NCBI GenBank assembly: GCA_963737635.1
Contig: CAVTTL010000001.1
Span: 2,080,001 to 2,144,000 of the forward strand
Source of the DNA: an uncultured Methanoregulaceae archaeon
Lineage (GTDB): Archaea; Halobacteriota; Methanomicrobia; Methanomicrobiales; Methanospirillaceae
Direction: 5' to 3'
DNA length: 64,000 bases
This document shows, piece by piece, positions 10,647-21,611 of this stretch. The position numbers were made by a program, and so were the translations under genes. Position 1 is the stretch's first letter. Each line of letters opens with the position of its first letter. The notes below the pieces were generated by a model. It saw only the letters and a list, made by a program, of their open reading frames with translations. It was not told where the DNA came from and did not search any database.

Positions 10647-12626
10647 ATGCCGAATCCCACTGAATGCCGCCCGGATCAGCGCCCTAATCCCGATACCCTG
10701 CTTGCCTGTGTCCAGAAAGAAGAGCTGCAGGAAAAGAGCGGCAAACTCAAGATCTTTCTTGGGTATATTGCCGGGGTCGGGAAGACCTACGAGATGCTTA
10801 AGTCAGCGCATCTCAAGAAGGATGAAGGCATCGACGTCAGGATAGGATATATTGAGCCCCACGGGAGGCGCGAAACTGAAGCGCTGATGGACGGGCTCCC
10901 TGTTATCCCCACCCGGACGATCGAGTACCACGGCGTGAAACTTCCTGAGATGGATCTCGACGCAATCCTTGCGGCTCACCCTCAGCTGGTCCTTGTGGAC
11001 GAACTCGCTCACACCAATGTCCCCGGTTCCCGGCACCTGAAACGGTACCAGGACGTCGAAGAGCTGCTCGCCGCAGGGATCGATGTCTACTCCACACTCA
11101 ACGTCCAGCATATCGAGAGCCTCAACGATGTAGTGGCCCGGATTACCGGCGTTATCATGAAAGAGAAGATCCCCGACCGGGTGATCGACGAGGCATCGGA
11201 AATCGAAGTGGTGGATCTTGCACCGCCCGAACTCCTCCAGCGCCTCCGTGAAGGGAAAGTGTACGTGCCGGACATGGCGGCCCGGGCGATCGAGCAGTTC
11301 TTTAATGAGGGTAATCTCTATGCCCTTCGCGAACTTGCATTGCGCCGTGCCGCGGAACGTGTCGATAATCAGATGCTTGCCTATATGCAGACCCGCTCGA
11401 TTCCGGGTCCCTGGGCGGTCGGCGAATACCTGCTTGTCTGCATCGGCCCCGGCCCGCTTGCGGAGCGGCTGATCCGCACCGCCCGCCGGCAGGCAGACCG
11501 GATCAATGCACGCTGGTGCGCCATCTACATTGAGACGCCGACGCATCACCGCCTCTCGCGGGAAGCAAAAGAACAAGTCGACCGGTCGCTCCAGCTTGCG
11601 GAAAAACTGGGAGCGACCACCACAAGCCTGTTCGGGCTCAATGTGGCAAACACGATCCTCGAGTATGCACGGCAGCACAACGTAACCCGGATCATCATCG
11701 GAAAGACCCTGCGCCCCCGGTGGCAGGAATTTGTCTTTGGTTCGGTAGTCGACCAGCTCATCCATAACAGCGGGCCCATCGATGTATACGTGATCAGCAG
11801 TGGCAAGGACCTGCCGGAAAAATCGGAGGATACCGAACCCCTCTTGCCGGCGTCGCCACCGCGGGATTACGTGGACAGCCTGACACTTGTTGTCGCCGTT
11901 ACTATCTTCGGGTGGCTCTTCCATCCCCTCATTTCCCCAGTCAACCAGCTGATGTTTTACCTGCTTGCCGTGGTCGTCATCGCGTTCAAGCGCGGCCTCA
12001 GGCCTGCAATCTTTACTGCAGTCGTAGGGGTGCTTGCATTCGATTTCTTCTTCATTCCTCCCTATCTGACGTTCCGGGGGCTTTCCGATTCCCAGTACCT
12101 GGTGACTTTTCTAGGGATGATCATAGTCGGAACGGTCATCAGCATGCTCGTTACCCGTGCTAAGCGGCACGCTGATGCAGCACAGACTCGCGAGAAGGAG
12201 ACAAGCACCCTCTATGCACTTTCGCAGGATCTTGCTGTGGCCATGGATGCAGCATCGATCATGAGTGCCGTCGGGCAGCACATACGGGAAATTTTCCAGT
12301 GGGAAAGTGTCTTCTTCCTCCCGGAAAACACTCGTCTTGTTGCGTATGCGAAGACGCCGGGGCTTGTCATGGACGGGGACGATCTCGCTGTCGCGACCTG
12401 GGCTTTCCAGCATGGCACGACTGCCGGTTACGACACCGACACCCTGCATGGGTCGAAACTCAGGTATATCCCGCTCCGGAGTTCACAGGGTGTTCTTGGG
12501 ATCATGGGAGTCCAGCCCACCGAGCCAAACGGTGTCATCACGTATGAGCAATCCCGAATCCTGACTGCATTTGCCAACCAGGCGGCGCTCGCGCTTGAAC
12601 GGGTAGACCTGACAAAGGCTCCCTAG
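10647..12626 (+). CDS. kdpD: KdpD-like sensor (KdpD-N, Usp, 4 TM, GAF) with no histidine kinase domain
   Basis: GKLKIFLG..GVGKTY, VDELAHTN, KRYQDV, AFDFFFIPP. Stops after the GAF helix (ALALERVDLTKAP*), with no H-box or HATPase. Confidence 0.88.
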   Translation: MPNPTECRPDQRPNPDTLLACVQKEELQEKSGKLKIFLGYIAGVGKTYEMLKSAHLKKDEGIDVRIGYIEPHGRRETEALMDGLPVIPTRTIEYHGVKLPEMDLDAILAAHPQLVLVDELAHTNVPGSRHLKRYQDVEELLAAGIDVYSTLNVQHIESLNDVVARITGVIMKEKIPDRVIDEASEIEVVDLAPPELLQRLREGKVYVPDMAARAIEQFFNEGNLYALRELALRRAAERVDNQMLAYMQTRSIPGPWAVGEYLLVCIGPGPLAERLIRTARRQADRINARWCAIYIETPTHHRLSREAKEQVDRSLQLAEKLGATTTSLFGLNVANTILEYARQHNVTRIIIGKTLRPRWQEFVFGSVVDQLIHNSGPIDVYVISSGKDLPEKSEDTEPLLPASPPRDYVDSLTLVVAVTIFGWLFHPLISPVNQLMFYLLAVVVIAFKRGLRPAIFTAVVGVLAFDFFFIPPYLTFRGLSDSQYLVTFLGMIIVGTVISMLVTRAKRHADAAQTREKETSTLYALSQDLAVAMDAASIMSAVGQHIREIFQWESVFFLPENTRLVAYAKTPGLVMDGDDLAVATWAFQHGTTAGYDTDTLHGSKLRYIPLRSSQGVLGIMGVQPTEPNGVITYEQSRILTAFANQAALALERVDLTKAP

Positions 12627-12706
12627 GTCTGGATACACTTATTCCGGGGTCAAGAAAACACTCTTTTTTCGGGAAATCCCTGTATTGTTTCGACCGAACA
12701 GGGATT

Positions 12707-12925
12707 TTAGATCATTTCGATCCTGCGCAGCCACAGGCCGATGAGAACATAGGCGATAACCGCACCGGCTACACCGGCAACAAACTCGCCGAGTACGAAA
12801 TAATCGCCGCCCAAAGCTGCCTGCAGAAGGAAAAAGATCAACCGGACGATTCCGTATATCACAAGCGCGATCCCGGCATACAGTACAATAAAAGCAACGG
12901 TGCCGGAAACTACCATTTCATCCAT
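12707..12925 (-). CDS. Small two-helix membrane protein
   Basis: 72-aa hydrophobic ORF just downstream of the glycosyltransferase on the same strand. Confidence 0.55.
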   Translation of the reverse strand: MDEMVVSGTVAFIVLYAGIALVIYGIVRLIFFLLQAALGGDYFVLGEFVAGVAGAVIAYVLIGLWLRRIEMI

Positions 12926-12934
12926 ACATGTGCC

Positions 12935-14022
12935 TCATTCGAGATATCCTGCAAGCAGCTCGTCATAGAGCCTTTTTGTGTTCCCTTCTGTCCTCGGCAT
13001 AGCAGGGAACCCGGGATAATCCGGGGTCGCTGCCACGTCTTCCGCGAGATCCAGACGATCCTGGTTCACTGAAAGGAACCAGCCCTTCTGCTGGTAGTAC
13101 CATGAAAGGTATTCCTGTTCGGTCTGTCCCGGGGTAGGGATCAGAAGAGCCCGGTTTTTTCCCAGCTCGGCAAGTTCCATTAAGGTCGTATACCCGGACC
13201 GGCAGATAACGCACCGGGCCCGGTTCATCAGCTCGGTCTTCTTTTCCGTTGAGACGTAAGGAATACAGATCCAGTCCCCGCGATGTTCAGCAGGTTTGGT
13301 TCCCTGAGGGCTTCCCAGCAATACAACACCCGATCCTTCAAGACTTCCAATCTTCGCGAGGATAATCCTTTCAAGGATGGTCCGCTGTGGTTCCGGCCCG
13401 GAAATAATTACGAGATAATCGAGATCCTGAGTACATGCCATCTGCCGGGTACCGGAGAGGATGCCCGAGAAATACGCGCGCTCGCGCGCCACGTCCGTCT
13501 GCGGCCTGGAGAGTTTTCCGGCAAGGGAGAGGGCCCCGGGGGATTGTCGGGAACGATAATCCGGTTATACTGTTCATGGAGAAACCGGTTTGCCGGGATC
13601 GCGAGCAGCTCTGCCGGCCAGTACAGCAGCGGCAGGTGATAGTGGAGCTGGTGGGAGATAAATATCGAGGGGACGCGTGAAGAATAGACGCCAAGCCGGT
13701 TGTCACTGATAACAAGATCGTACCGGTCTTTAGTAAGGATCGAATCAAGGGTCGCGTGCTCGCGGGCAGCCGCTGTGAGCATGAAAGGCAGGGACGCACA
13801 GAAGCGGGGGACAAAGAGGCGGCCGGAGCTGAACGGGACCGGGTAATCCGGGTACTCGATAAAGGGGGCGTCCGGGAATTCCAGCCTGAGTACCGAAAGT
13901 GCGTTGCCGCACGCGGCAATTGTCACTTCGTGGCCGTGATCCCGGAGGACCCGGATCACCGGGATGTCACGCGTGGCATGACCCAGGCCCCAGTTCAATG
14001 GTGAAACAAGCACGCGTGCCAT
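12935..14022 (-). CDS. GT-B glycosyltransferase, family 28-like (frameshift near 13533)
   Basis: N-terminal PLNWGLGHATR and ISDNRLG; C-terminal SGPEPQR, RSGYTT, IPTPGQTEQ. Adding one C in a homopolymer restores GPLSLAGKLS. Confidence 0.82.
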
Positions 14023-14133
14023 CAGAAACTTCCTTAAATTATCATTTCACTAATAAAGTATATTGAGATGACGTGCAGGTTGCCGGACAGATCCAAGAAC
14101 TAACATCTTTTACTTCCAGAAATTCTTTTCCGG

Positions 14134-14805
14134 TCAGATCGCAAGCATCCGTTCGTTCTCGCGCAGCCAATGACGATGGCGCTCGTAGTCCGGCATGGCC
14201 TTTTTGACTTTTTCCCAGAAACGATCCGAGTGATCCGGCTGGCGCAGGTGAACCAGCTCGTGGATGATCACATAATCGATCACTTCAGGAGGCGCAAGGA
14301 TAAGACGCCAGCAAAATGAGAGTGTTCCTGTCGAACTGCACGAAGCCCAGCGCCGCCGGGTATCAGAGATCCGGATCTTTTTTGGCACGTAATCGAGGAT
14401 CGCGGCAACACCGGCAACCCGTGCCGGCAGGATCTCTGCCGCCTTTTGTGTATACCATGCCTTGAGAAGGCCGTGACATTCAGGGAGCCGTTCTTCTCCT
14501 ATATACAGCCGGTCCCCAAGGGAGATACCGGCATTACTTCCCTCCAATACCGCAAGCGGATACGATCTCCCCAGAAACAGGAACGCGTCGCCACTGACAA
14601 AGCGCCTTTCGCCCGGGGTCGGCCGGTTCTTCGCCTCGGCTATCTTCTTTTCGATCCACCCCCGCTTCTCCTCGACCAGTTTCATGATCCAGCTATCTGT
14701 TGCCCGCAGCGGGGCACGCACGACAAGTTCCGCAGCGGGTGTGATCTCAAGTGAGAGGGTCCGGCGGCGGGAGCGGACAATCCGGTCGGGTCTGAGGCTG
14801 GTCAT
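14134..14805 (-). CDS. YgjP/M48-family zinc metalloprotease
   Basis: RSRRRTL, RWASCS, DYVIIHELVH, HS..FW. Confidence 0.88.
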   Translation of the reverse strand: MTSLRPDRIVRSRRRTLSLEITPAAELVVRAPLRATDSWIMKLVEEKRGWIEKKIAEAKNRPTPGERRFVSGDAFLFLGRSYPLAVLEGSNAGISLGDRLYIGEERLPECHGLLKAWYTQKAAEILPARVAGVAAILDYVPKKIRISDTRRRWASCSSTGTLSFCWRLILAPPEVIDYVIIHELVHLRQPDHSDRFWEKVKKAMPDYERHRHWLRENERMLAI

Positions 14806-14926
14806 GGCGTACTTCTATGCAGGGTTGGACTTCCTGCATCATGAGGTTTGGTGAGGTATGTCATATCCAAATATTTAAGCGAACCCTTATCGAAGCACAT
14901 TCCTGTTACAAAAGGAGGAAAGTAAA

Positions 14927-15538
14927 ATGACCGCAAATGCACCAAAAGGTTGCCTCGACTTGCTGTCTGATAAGAACAGCATGCTCGTGCTCGTCGACTA
15001 CCAGTCAACGATGTTTAAAGGCGTGGCGTCAGGAGATAAAACGATCATCAGGAATGCTGCATACTGCGCGGCAAAAGCGGCAAGCATCCTTTCGATCCCG
15101 GTGGTTTTATCGACAATCAATCCCGCAAGCAACGGGGAGTTTATGCCGGAGATCACAAAGTTGTTCCCGGGCCAGCAACCGTACTCACGTAAGGTCCTGG
15201 GCTTCGATGCATTTGAAGATGAGAGTACCTGGAATGCGGCAAAGAAGGTCAACAGAAAAAAGATCGTTCTCTCGGGCCTGTGGACAAGCATGTGTTTTGC
15301 GTATACCGCTCTCCATGCCCTCAAAGAAGGGTATGAAGTATACGGGTTGATGGACGCTGCCGGGGACTCCACCCATGACGCCCACAAGTACGGGATCAAA
15401 AGGATGATTCAGGCAGGGGTAATCCCGATTACAGTCGAGTCGCTTGTCTCGGAATGGATGCACGACTGGGGAAATCCGAAAGTTGGGGAGCTCGTAAAAG
15501 AAGTATATTCCCGTTACGGATATATGATCGGGTTTTAA
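14927..15538 (+). CDS. Isochorismatase-family cysteine hydrolase (YcaC-like)
   Basis: LVDYQ, GLWTSMC, DAAG, AGVIP. Confidence 0.87.
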   Translation: MTANAPKGCLDLLSDKNSMLVLVDYQSTMFKGVASGDKTIIRNAAYCAAKAASILSIPVVLSTINPASNGEFMPEITKLFPGQQPYSRKVLGFDAFEDESTWNAAKKVNRKKIVLSGLWTSMCFAYTALHALKEGYEVYGLMDAAGDSTHDAHKYGIKRMIQAGVIPITVESLVSEWMHDWGNPKVGELVKEVYSRYGYMIGF

Positions 15539-15561
15539 CAACCCTGTAATCTGCTTTTTTG

Positions 15562-16383
15562 TTACCCGATCTGGAAACATCTCATCGAGATGGATCCATT
15601 CTGGAACCCTTCGTAGATGAACCGGAGGCTCTCACCTTCCTCTTGGAGCGCAAGGGCATAAATCATCGGGAGATAGTGATCGAGAGTCGGGACCGCCCGG
15701 GAAGCAAGGTCACCTCCCGTAGACGGATACGCGATCAGCTCGCGGTGCTTTCCAGCAGCGATCCGGGATCGCATCCATTCATCTGTCTTTACAGCCCACT
15801 CGAACGGTGGTGCGTCCATTTCGGCGTAATCGATAAGGCCGAGGTTGTGCACCATATTCCCGCTGCCGATAACGAGGACTCCCATCTCACGGAGGGCGGA
15901 AAGATTCTTTGAGAGTTCGTAATGGTACTGGACAGACTTCGGGTGCCAGTCGTTCATGGAGTAGTCCAGGCTCATCTCAAAGACCGGAATGTCGGCTGAA
16001 GGGAACATGTGCCTGAGAACAGAATAGGATGCATGGTCAATCCCCCATGAATGGTCGCACGGGATAGTGCCGCCTCCCAGCTCAGTCACGCGTTTTGCAA
16101 ATGAGGGCGCCCCACTGCATTCGTACTGTACCCGGTAAAGCTCTTCGGGGAAGCCGTAAAAATCGTAGATCATCCGGGGCCGGTCAACGCAGGTGACAAA
16201 ACTACCCCGGGTCAGCCAGTGTGCCGATATAACCATGATGGCAGCCGGCCGGGGGAGTGCCGCGCCAATATCAGCCAGGTTTTTGGTGAACCGGTTCGAC
16301 AGTACCATGTTCATCGGTGACCCGTGCCCGATAAAGAGCACGGGCATCTTCTCCTTTCCCGAAGGCTTGCTGTCGGTTTTCAT
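15562..16383 (-). CDS. ygiD: 4,5-DOPA extradiol dioxygenase-like protein
   Basis: FIGHGSPMN, ISAHW, IYDFYGFP, DH, GSGNMVHNL, PTLDHYLP. Confidence 0.9.
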   Translation of the reverse strand: MKTDSKPSGKEKMPVLFIGHGSPMNMVLSNRFTKNLADIGAALPRPAAIMVISAHWLTRGSFVTCVDRPRMIYDFYGFPEELYRVQYECSGAPSFAKRVTELGGGTIPCDHSWGIDHASYSVLRHMFPSADIPVFEMSLDYSMNDWHPKSVQYHYELSKNLSALREMGVLVIGSGNMVHNLGLIDYAEMDAPPFEWAVKTDEWMRSRIAAGKHRELIAYPSTGGDLASRAVPTLDHYLPMIYALALQEEGESLRFIYEGFQNGSISMRCFQIG

Positions 16384-16493
16384 CCGGAATTCCTTGGAAT
16401 GAGAAAGGGACGGTCAGATATTTCAGTTTTTTTATGGAGGCACGCTTCGCCATGACATACCTATATTGCATCATCCCGCGAAGATTAGAGCGA

Positions 16494-16856
16494 ATGGCAC
16501 AGGAGCCGGTATTCAGGTACAAACAGTGCCTCATCGTAAGAAACGACGTCAAGATGAGCTGCGGCAAGAAATGCGCCCAGGTAGCGCATGCGTCCATCGG
16601 GGCATTCGAGAACGCCGACAAGACGGTGCGCAAAGCGTGGCAGACTGAGGGGCAGAAAAAAGTGGTGCTCAAAGCGGACAGTGAACGAACCCTTTTTGAA
16701 ATCAAGGTTATTGCCGAACGTGCCGGGATATCCACCTCTCTTATACAGGATGCAGGCATGACCGAGATCCCGCCCGGTACCATTACTGCCCTTGGCCTTG
16801 GACCGGCAAAATCCGAAGACCTCGATAAGATCACCGGATCGCTTTCGCTTTTATGA
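16494..16856 (+). CDS. pth2: Peptidyl-tRNA hydrolase Pth2
   Basis: KQ...R.D.KMS.GK..AQVAHA, GQKKVVLK, DAG.TEIPPGT.T.LGLGP. Confidence 0.95.
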   Translation: MAQEPVFRYKQCLIVRNDVKMSCGKKCAQVAHASIGAFENADKTVRKAWQTEGQKKVVLKADSERTLFEIKVIAERAGISTSLIQDAGMTEIPPGTITALGLGPAKSEDLDKITGSLSLL

Positions 16857-18124
16857 TGGAGAGTCCGTATGCGCTCGAACGCGAGCTCGGGATGCAGTTC
16901 TATGCCACCGATACCCCGGGCATAGGGGGAACGCTTCGAACGGTGCCGGACGACTTTATCGTTGACGAAATCCCGCTCGAGAAAAAGGGCGACGCATCCG
17001 GCCCCTACCTGATCTGCCGGCTCACCAAATCCAACTGGGAACTCCAGCATGCCGTAAAAGAGATCGCAAAGAGGCTCAATATCAGCCACCGTCGTATCGG
17101 CTGGGCAGGAACAAAGGACAGAAACGCCCGCACCACACAGCTGATCTCGCTCTATAAGATTACACCGGAAGAGATTGCCGCGTTCTACCTCAAAGACATC
17201 ACCTTGGAATCGGTCGGCCAAGCAAACGAACAGCTCTCGCTTGGCGATCTCGCCGGAAACCGGTTTGACATCTGTATCCGGGACGCGGATCCTGATGATC
17301 TCGCGAGCCGGGTCGTCTCGGTGACAGAAACTGCGACGCATGCCCTGCCAAACTATTTCGGGCTCCAGCGCTTCGGTGTCATCCGTCCCTTAACGCACCG
17401 GGTCGGGGAACTGATTCTGCGCGGTGAGTACGAGCAGGCAGTGGCCACCTACGTGGGCCAGGCATTCCCCCTCGAGAGAGAAGATGTCCGGAAGGCGAGG
17501 AAAACCTACTGGGAGACCCGGGATCCGGCGATCGCGCTTCGCGACCTGCCGGTACAGATGTCGTTTGAGCGCTCAATGCTTTCCCACCTCCACGTACAAC
17601 CGGGCGATTATGCCGGGGCACTCCGGCAGCTGCCTCCCAAACTCCTCTCCATGTTTGTCTCGGCATTCCAGTCATACCTTTTCAACCGGGCCCTCTCGCT
17701 CCGGCTCGCGGAGGGTCATACCCTGACCGATCCGGTCCCGGGGGACCGGCTGATCTTCGCAAACGGGCGCACCGACATCGTGACCGCAGCGAACATCCCG
17801 GCCGTTTCCCTCCATCTGGCCCGGGGCAGGTGTACAATCGCACTTTTCATGCCGGGCAGGGATAAACCGGGTGCAGTGACCGAGGATAATGCCACAAGGA
17901 CCATGCTCGCCGATCTCCAGATCACTCCCGAAGACTTCAGCCGTGCGGCGGTGTTTGTCCAGACAAAATTTGACGGTGCATGGCGCCCGATCACTCTCAG
18001 GACCAGCGTCGAAGCCTCTGTTACGGGAACAGATGTGCACCTTACATTTACCCTGCCTCCGGGACATTATGCAACTACGGTCTGCCGGGAATACATGAAA
18101 GCCGATCCAATCCGGATGGTCTGA
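16853..18124 (+). CDS. truD: tRNA pseudouridine(13) synthase
   Basis: DFIVDEI, AGTKDRNA.T.Q, GNRF, NYFGLQRFG, SAFQSYLFN, GHYAT. Confidence 0.95.
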   Translation: MMESPYALERELGMQFYATDTPGIGGTLRTVPDDFIVDEIPLEKKGDASGPYLICRLTKSNWELQHAVKEIAKRLNISHRRIGWAGTKDRNARTTQLISLYKITPEEIAAFYLKDITLESVGQANEQLSLGDLAGNRFDICIRDADPDDLASRVVSVTETATHALPNYFGLQRFGVIRPLTHRVGELILRGEYEQAVATYVGQAFPLEREDVRKARKTYWETRDPAIALRDLPVQMSFERSMLSHLHVQPGDYAGALRQLPPKLLSMFVSAFQSYLFNRALSLRLAEGHTLTDPVPGDRLIFANGRTDIVTAANIPAVSLHLARGRCTIALFMPGRDKPGAVTEDNATRTMLADLQITPEDFSRAAVFVQTKFDGAWRPITLRTSVEASVTGTDVHLTFTLPPGHYATTVCREYMKADPIRMV

Positions 18125-18221
18125 AACGGTTTTTCTCTAAAAAAGGAACACGTGTTGCATAAATTGCCCGCATTCAGATTAAGAGTCAGCAGGTCAAAAA
18201 AGGAAATGAGATCAGAGACGA

Positions 18222-19025
18222 TTATTTTCGTTCGTCTGCCAGTTGCTGTGCTCCATCGATGGCGTCATTGAGGTTGCCCAGCTTGTCGACCAAGTTGATC
18301 TTCACTGCGTCGGCACCCCGGATCACACGGCCGTCCTGGATATCAGACTTTGAAATCATCCGCTGCGTCGTCACGTCGTTGATAAACTCGTCAAAACTCT
18401 CATTGACGATCTGCTGGGCATAGTCCTGTTCAGCGGGGGAGAGTGCACGGGATGTTGTACCCATATCCTTGAAGGCCCCGGATTTGACGTCCGTGATGTT
18501 GTAGCCTTGCTGGTTCAGCCAGCCACTTACATCCGTGAACGTCCAGATAACACCGACAGCGCCGGTTAACGTGTCAGGATCCGCGTATATCTTGTTTGCA
18601 TGGCAACTTACGTAATACGCAGCAGACGTGGCTATGTCTCCCATGGAGACGACCACCGGTTTCTTGGTCTTTGCATACTCCATATCACCGATGATCTCTT
18701 CAGCAGCTGCAGGCGATCCCCCAGGGCTGTCAACCCGCAGCACGATAGCATCGACAGTCGGGTCGTTAGCAGCATCCCGCAACTGGTCACCGATGTACTC
18801 GCTTCCAACACTATCACCGGTCGAAAAATCACCCGTCGCGAGTGTGCCTTCCATGCGGATAACCTTGACACCGGGATGCTCGTTCTCTGTTAAAAAGTAT
18901 ACAGCAGCAAAAATCCCGATCACAAGGAAAAGACCGACCAGAATGATCAACAACCATTTCAAGCCTTCGCGGTGAGACGGCGGAGGCGGTATACACATTG
19001 CCGGGTATATAGCAGGGATTTCCAT
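18222..19025 (-). CDS. sppA: Signal peptide peptidase (S49)
   Basis: N-terminal TM helix, VDSPGGS, SAAYY, KSGAFKD. Confidence 0.9.
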   Translation of the reverse strand: MEIPAIYPAMCIPPPPSHREGLKWLLIILVGLFLVIGIFAAVYFLTENEHPGVKVIRMEGTLATGDFSTGDSVGSEYIGDQLRDAANDPTVDAIVLRVDSPGGSPAAAEEIIGDMEYAKTKKPVVVSMGDIATSAAYYVSCHANKIYADPDTLTGAVGVIWTFTDVSGWLNQQGYNITDVKSGAFKDMGTTSRALSPAEQDYAQQIVNESFDEFINDVTTQRMISKSDIQDGRVIRGADAVKINLVDKLGNLNDAIDGAQQLADERK

Positions 19026-19037
19026 AAAGGTGAACTC

Positions 19038-19718
19038 TCAGGTGTACAGCACGTCAAACTCGGAAACGAGATTACTGCCGCACATATAGTATTTTTTAAG
19101 ATTTAACCGGATCATCTCGTCTTCTTCATTGATATGCATTCCGCCTACAAGAGACGGCGTATCTGATCCGCCCACAATAAACGGGAGATGAATAAGCCGT
19201 ATCTCGTCGACAAGCTTGTCGTGGAGCATATGCCAGTTCAGGGTCGGGCCCCCTTCTATCATCAGCTTCTTTATCCCGAATTCATCATACAGGATCCGCA
19301 TAAGGGTCGGAAGCTCAACATGATCCTTTCCTGCAATAACCACGGTCGCACCCTTTGCCCGTATTGCTGCAATCCGGTCTTCCGGGGCCCGTTCGGACAC
19401 TGCAATAAGGGTCGGCGCATCACGGCCTAGTACATTTGCATCGAGGGGGATGTCAGCCATGCTGCACGGGATGACCCGGAGCGGACTCTTGCCGGGAACG
19501 AGCCTGACCGTAAGGAAGGAGTTGTCGATCCGTATGGTATTTGCACCCACCATGATTGCGTCATAGGCAGCCCGTGTCTCGTGAAGCAGGATCTCGGTCT
19601 CGTGTGCCATGTATTTCATCAGGATCTTGCTGGAAGCGCCTTTTTTTAACGTGAGCTTACCGTCTGCGGTGATCTCGGACATCATTAACACGTGCGGCCG
19701 GGCCGTTGCTGCTGCCAT
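19038..19718 (-). CDS. RibD C-terminal-type pyrimidine reductase (archaeal riboflavin/F420 pathway)
   Basis: TADGK, DAIMVGANT..DN, LMIEGGPTLN, LVDEI. The upstream part of the listed ORF is the antisense shadow of the next gene. Confidence 0.87.
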   Translation of the reverse strand: MAAATARPHVLMMSEITADGKLTLKKGASSKILMKYMAHETEILLHETRAAYDAIMVGANTIRIDNSFLTVRLVPGKSPLRVIPCSMADIPLDANVLGRDAPTLIAVSERAPEDRIAAIRAKGATVVIAGKDHVELPTLMRILYDEFGIKKLMIEGGPTLNWHMLHDKLVDEIRLIHLPFIVGGSDTPSLVGGMHINEEDEMIRLNLKKYYMCGSNLVSEFDVLYT

Positions 19719-19857
19719 TGCAATCAACTCAATTGCTTCATTGGACTCGTGATGTAAATAATATGGTGATTCTCCGCGGTCAATTAAACACCGACAGGTG
19801 ACACAGCCCGGATGAATCCCGTAACTATTAATGGTTCGTATACCTATGATGTGAGTT

Positions 19858-20490
19858 ATGAATATTACCGCTCTCCGGCCTAGGTTCAAACAGTACCTGG
19901 AGCCGGTTGCAGGGGTCTTTGTCCGGTGCGGTATCACGCCAAACCAGTGTTCGTTCCTTGCCCTTGTTGCAGGAATTGCCGCCGCTGTGCTCTTTATGGA
20001 ACGCTGGTTCCTGGTCGGGAGCCTGCTGTTGCTTTTTTCCGCGATCTTCGATCTCGTCGATGGCAGTATCGCACGCCGTACCAATTCCCACACCAATTTT
20101 GGCGCGGTCTTTGACTGGATCGTGGACAAATACGTGGATGCCCTCGTGATCCTGGGAGTCGGCCTTTCCGGGATTGCTATACTGAGCGGGGTCCTGCCAG
20201 TCCCAAAAACTCTGGACTTCGCTATTGTCGGTCTTGCCATTACTGGCTCGCTGATGAACACATTTATTAAACCGGTTGTCTACGCAGAGATCGGGTACCG
20301 GGAAAAAGTCGAAGGTAAGATTGATGACCCGCTCGAAGGTGTCGGATTCTTTGGGAGACCCGAAACCTTTCTTGTTCTGATCATCGGGGGTATCACCGGG
20401 TTCATCTGGGTATCGGTCATCATCATCGCGATCTGCACGAACCTCTCAGCAATCGAGCGAATCGTGTACCTGTACAGAACTCTCTCCTGA
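19858..20490 (+). CDS. CDP-alcohol phosphatidyltransferase (archaetidylinositol-phosphate synthase-like)
   Basis: TPN and the D-x-x-DG-x-x-AR...G-x-x-x-D-x-x-x-D signature. Confidence 0.92.
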   Translation: MNITALRPRFKQYLEPVAGVFVRCGITPNQCSFLALVAGIAAAVLFMERWFLVGSLLLLFSAIFDLVDGSIARRTNSHTNFGAVFDWIVDKYVDALVILGVGLSGIAILSGVLPVPKTLDFAIVGLAITGSLMNTFIKPVVYAEIGYREKVEGKIDDPLEGVGFFGRPETFLVLIIGGITGFIWVSVIIIAICTNLSAIERIVYLYRTLS

Positions 20491-20535
20491 CACCACCTGT
20501 TTTAATGTCATTTAAAAGACTATCGTCCCCGAAAA

Positions 20536-21445
20536 CTACGTCTCGGGAGGTTTTGGTTCGTCGTGCTCGGGTTCCTGCACCGAGGCAGGGGTAGACCCAG
20601 AAGTAATGTGCACCTTGCCCCGGATCAGATCGAATTCTTTGACAACCTCACCATAATAGAGCTGGTACAGATTCATCGGCAAAAGAGCCGAGCTGGGGAA
20701 TGAGGGTAAAGAGGCCGAATGCGATGACAATGAGGGCGACCAGCGCGAGCATCTCCGCGATCACGTTGTGGGCCCAGAAGAAACTCTCGTACCCATACTC
20801 GCCGTTCCCCGCGATAGCGGACCAGTACGGGAACCACTGGCCGGTATAGGCCATGACCACAAAGACGTTCCGGAACAGGTTGAGGATATAGATTGTGGGT
20901 GCAACAAGAAGAAACGCGAAGACCTTCTGTCGCATGGTTGTTGGCACCGCGGCGGCGACACCGAGCATGATGGCGATGCTCTGGATACCGGTGCAGGCAA
21001 GGATGATCTCGACCCGGAACCCATTCTGGGCAATGATATTCCATGCGTCAAGGTTGACGGGGTAATTAAAAACGTGGAGCAGCCACAGTACCTCGTTCAC
21101 CACCATCGAACTAAGCCAGTGTCCCAATCCATTGATATTAGCGAAATCGTCGAATGCAAAAGGAAAATAGATTAGGGATGCAACAGCCGCTGCCCGGGTA
21201 AGATGCATGACGGTTTTGTTCTCTGCAAGCAGGTATCGTACGGTAACCAGAAGGAATGGGACCGAGAGTGCTGCCATGACCGGGTAGAGGAAATTGCTCT
21301 CGGAAAAATATTCCGGCAGATCGGCAAAAAGGAAGGCAACGATGAAGACCCACCCCATAATCGCTGCATATTTCCGGTGGGGACCGGGTATCAACGATGC
21401 CAGAAATCCGATACAGGAAATCAGGACCAGATACTCGATCATCAT
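20536..21445 (-). CDS. artA: Archaeosortase A (frameshift near 20672 in the C-terminal tail)
   Basis: IILACTGIQS, LNLFRN, SFFWAHN. Removing one base gives ADELYQLYYGEV... running to 20536. Confidence 0.88.
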
Positions 21446-21611
21446 ATAGCTGTGTGCTTTTTAATCAAAAAAAGGATTCTCCCTTAACATACCTCTTTCG
21501 GGGTAAATCTGTGCCGGGCATATCTGCGATGAGGTCCGGGATACCTCCGACCTTTCTGGGAGCTCCGGGATAATCACCTTAATCTTGTATAATAACCTAT
21601 ACTGTTATCCG

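Noticed and set aside
14134-14805. YgjP/M48 protease as a marker of a restriction-modification island
   Set aside because: No RM genes nearby and composition matches the host.
16271-17341. 356-aa minus-strand ORF
   Set aside because: Antisense to pth2 and truD; typical shadow ORF in GC-rich DNA.
19719-20261. Apparent long N-terminal extension of the RibD-like reductase
   Set aside because: Overlaps the opposite-strand phosphatidyltransferase; homology starts at MAAATARPHV (19718).
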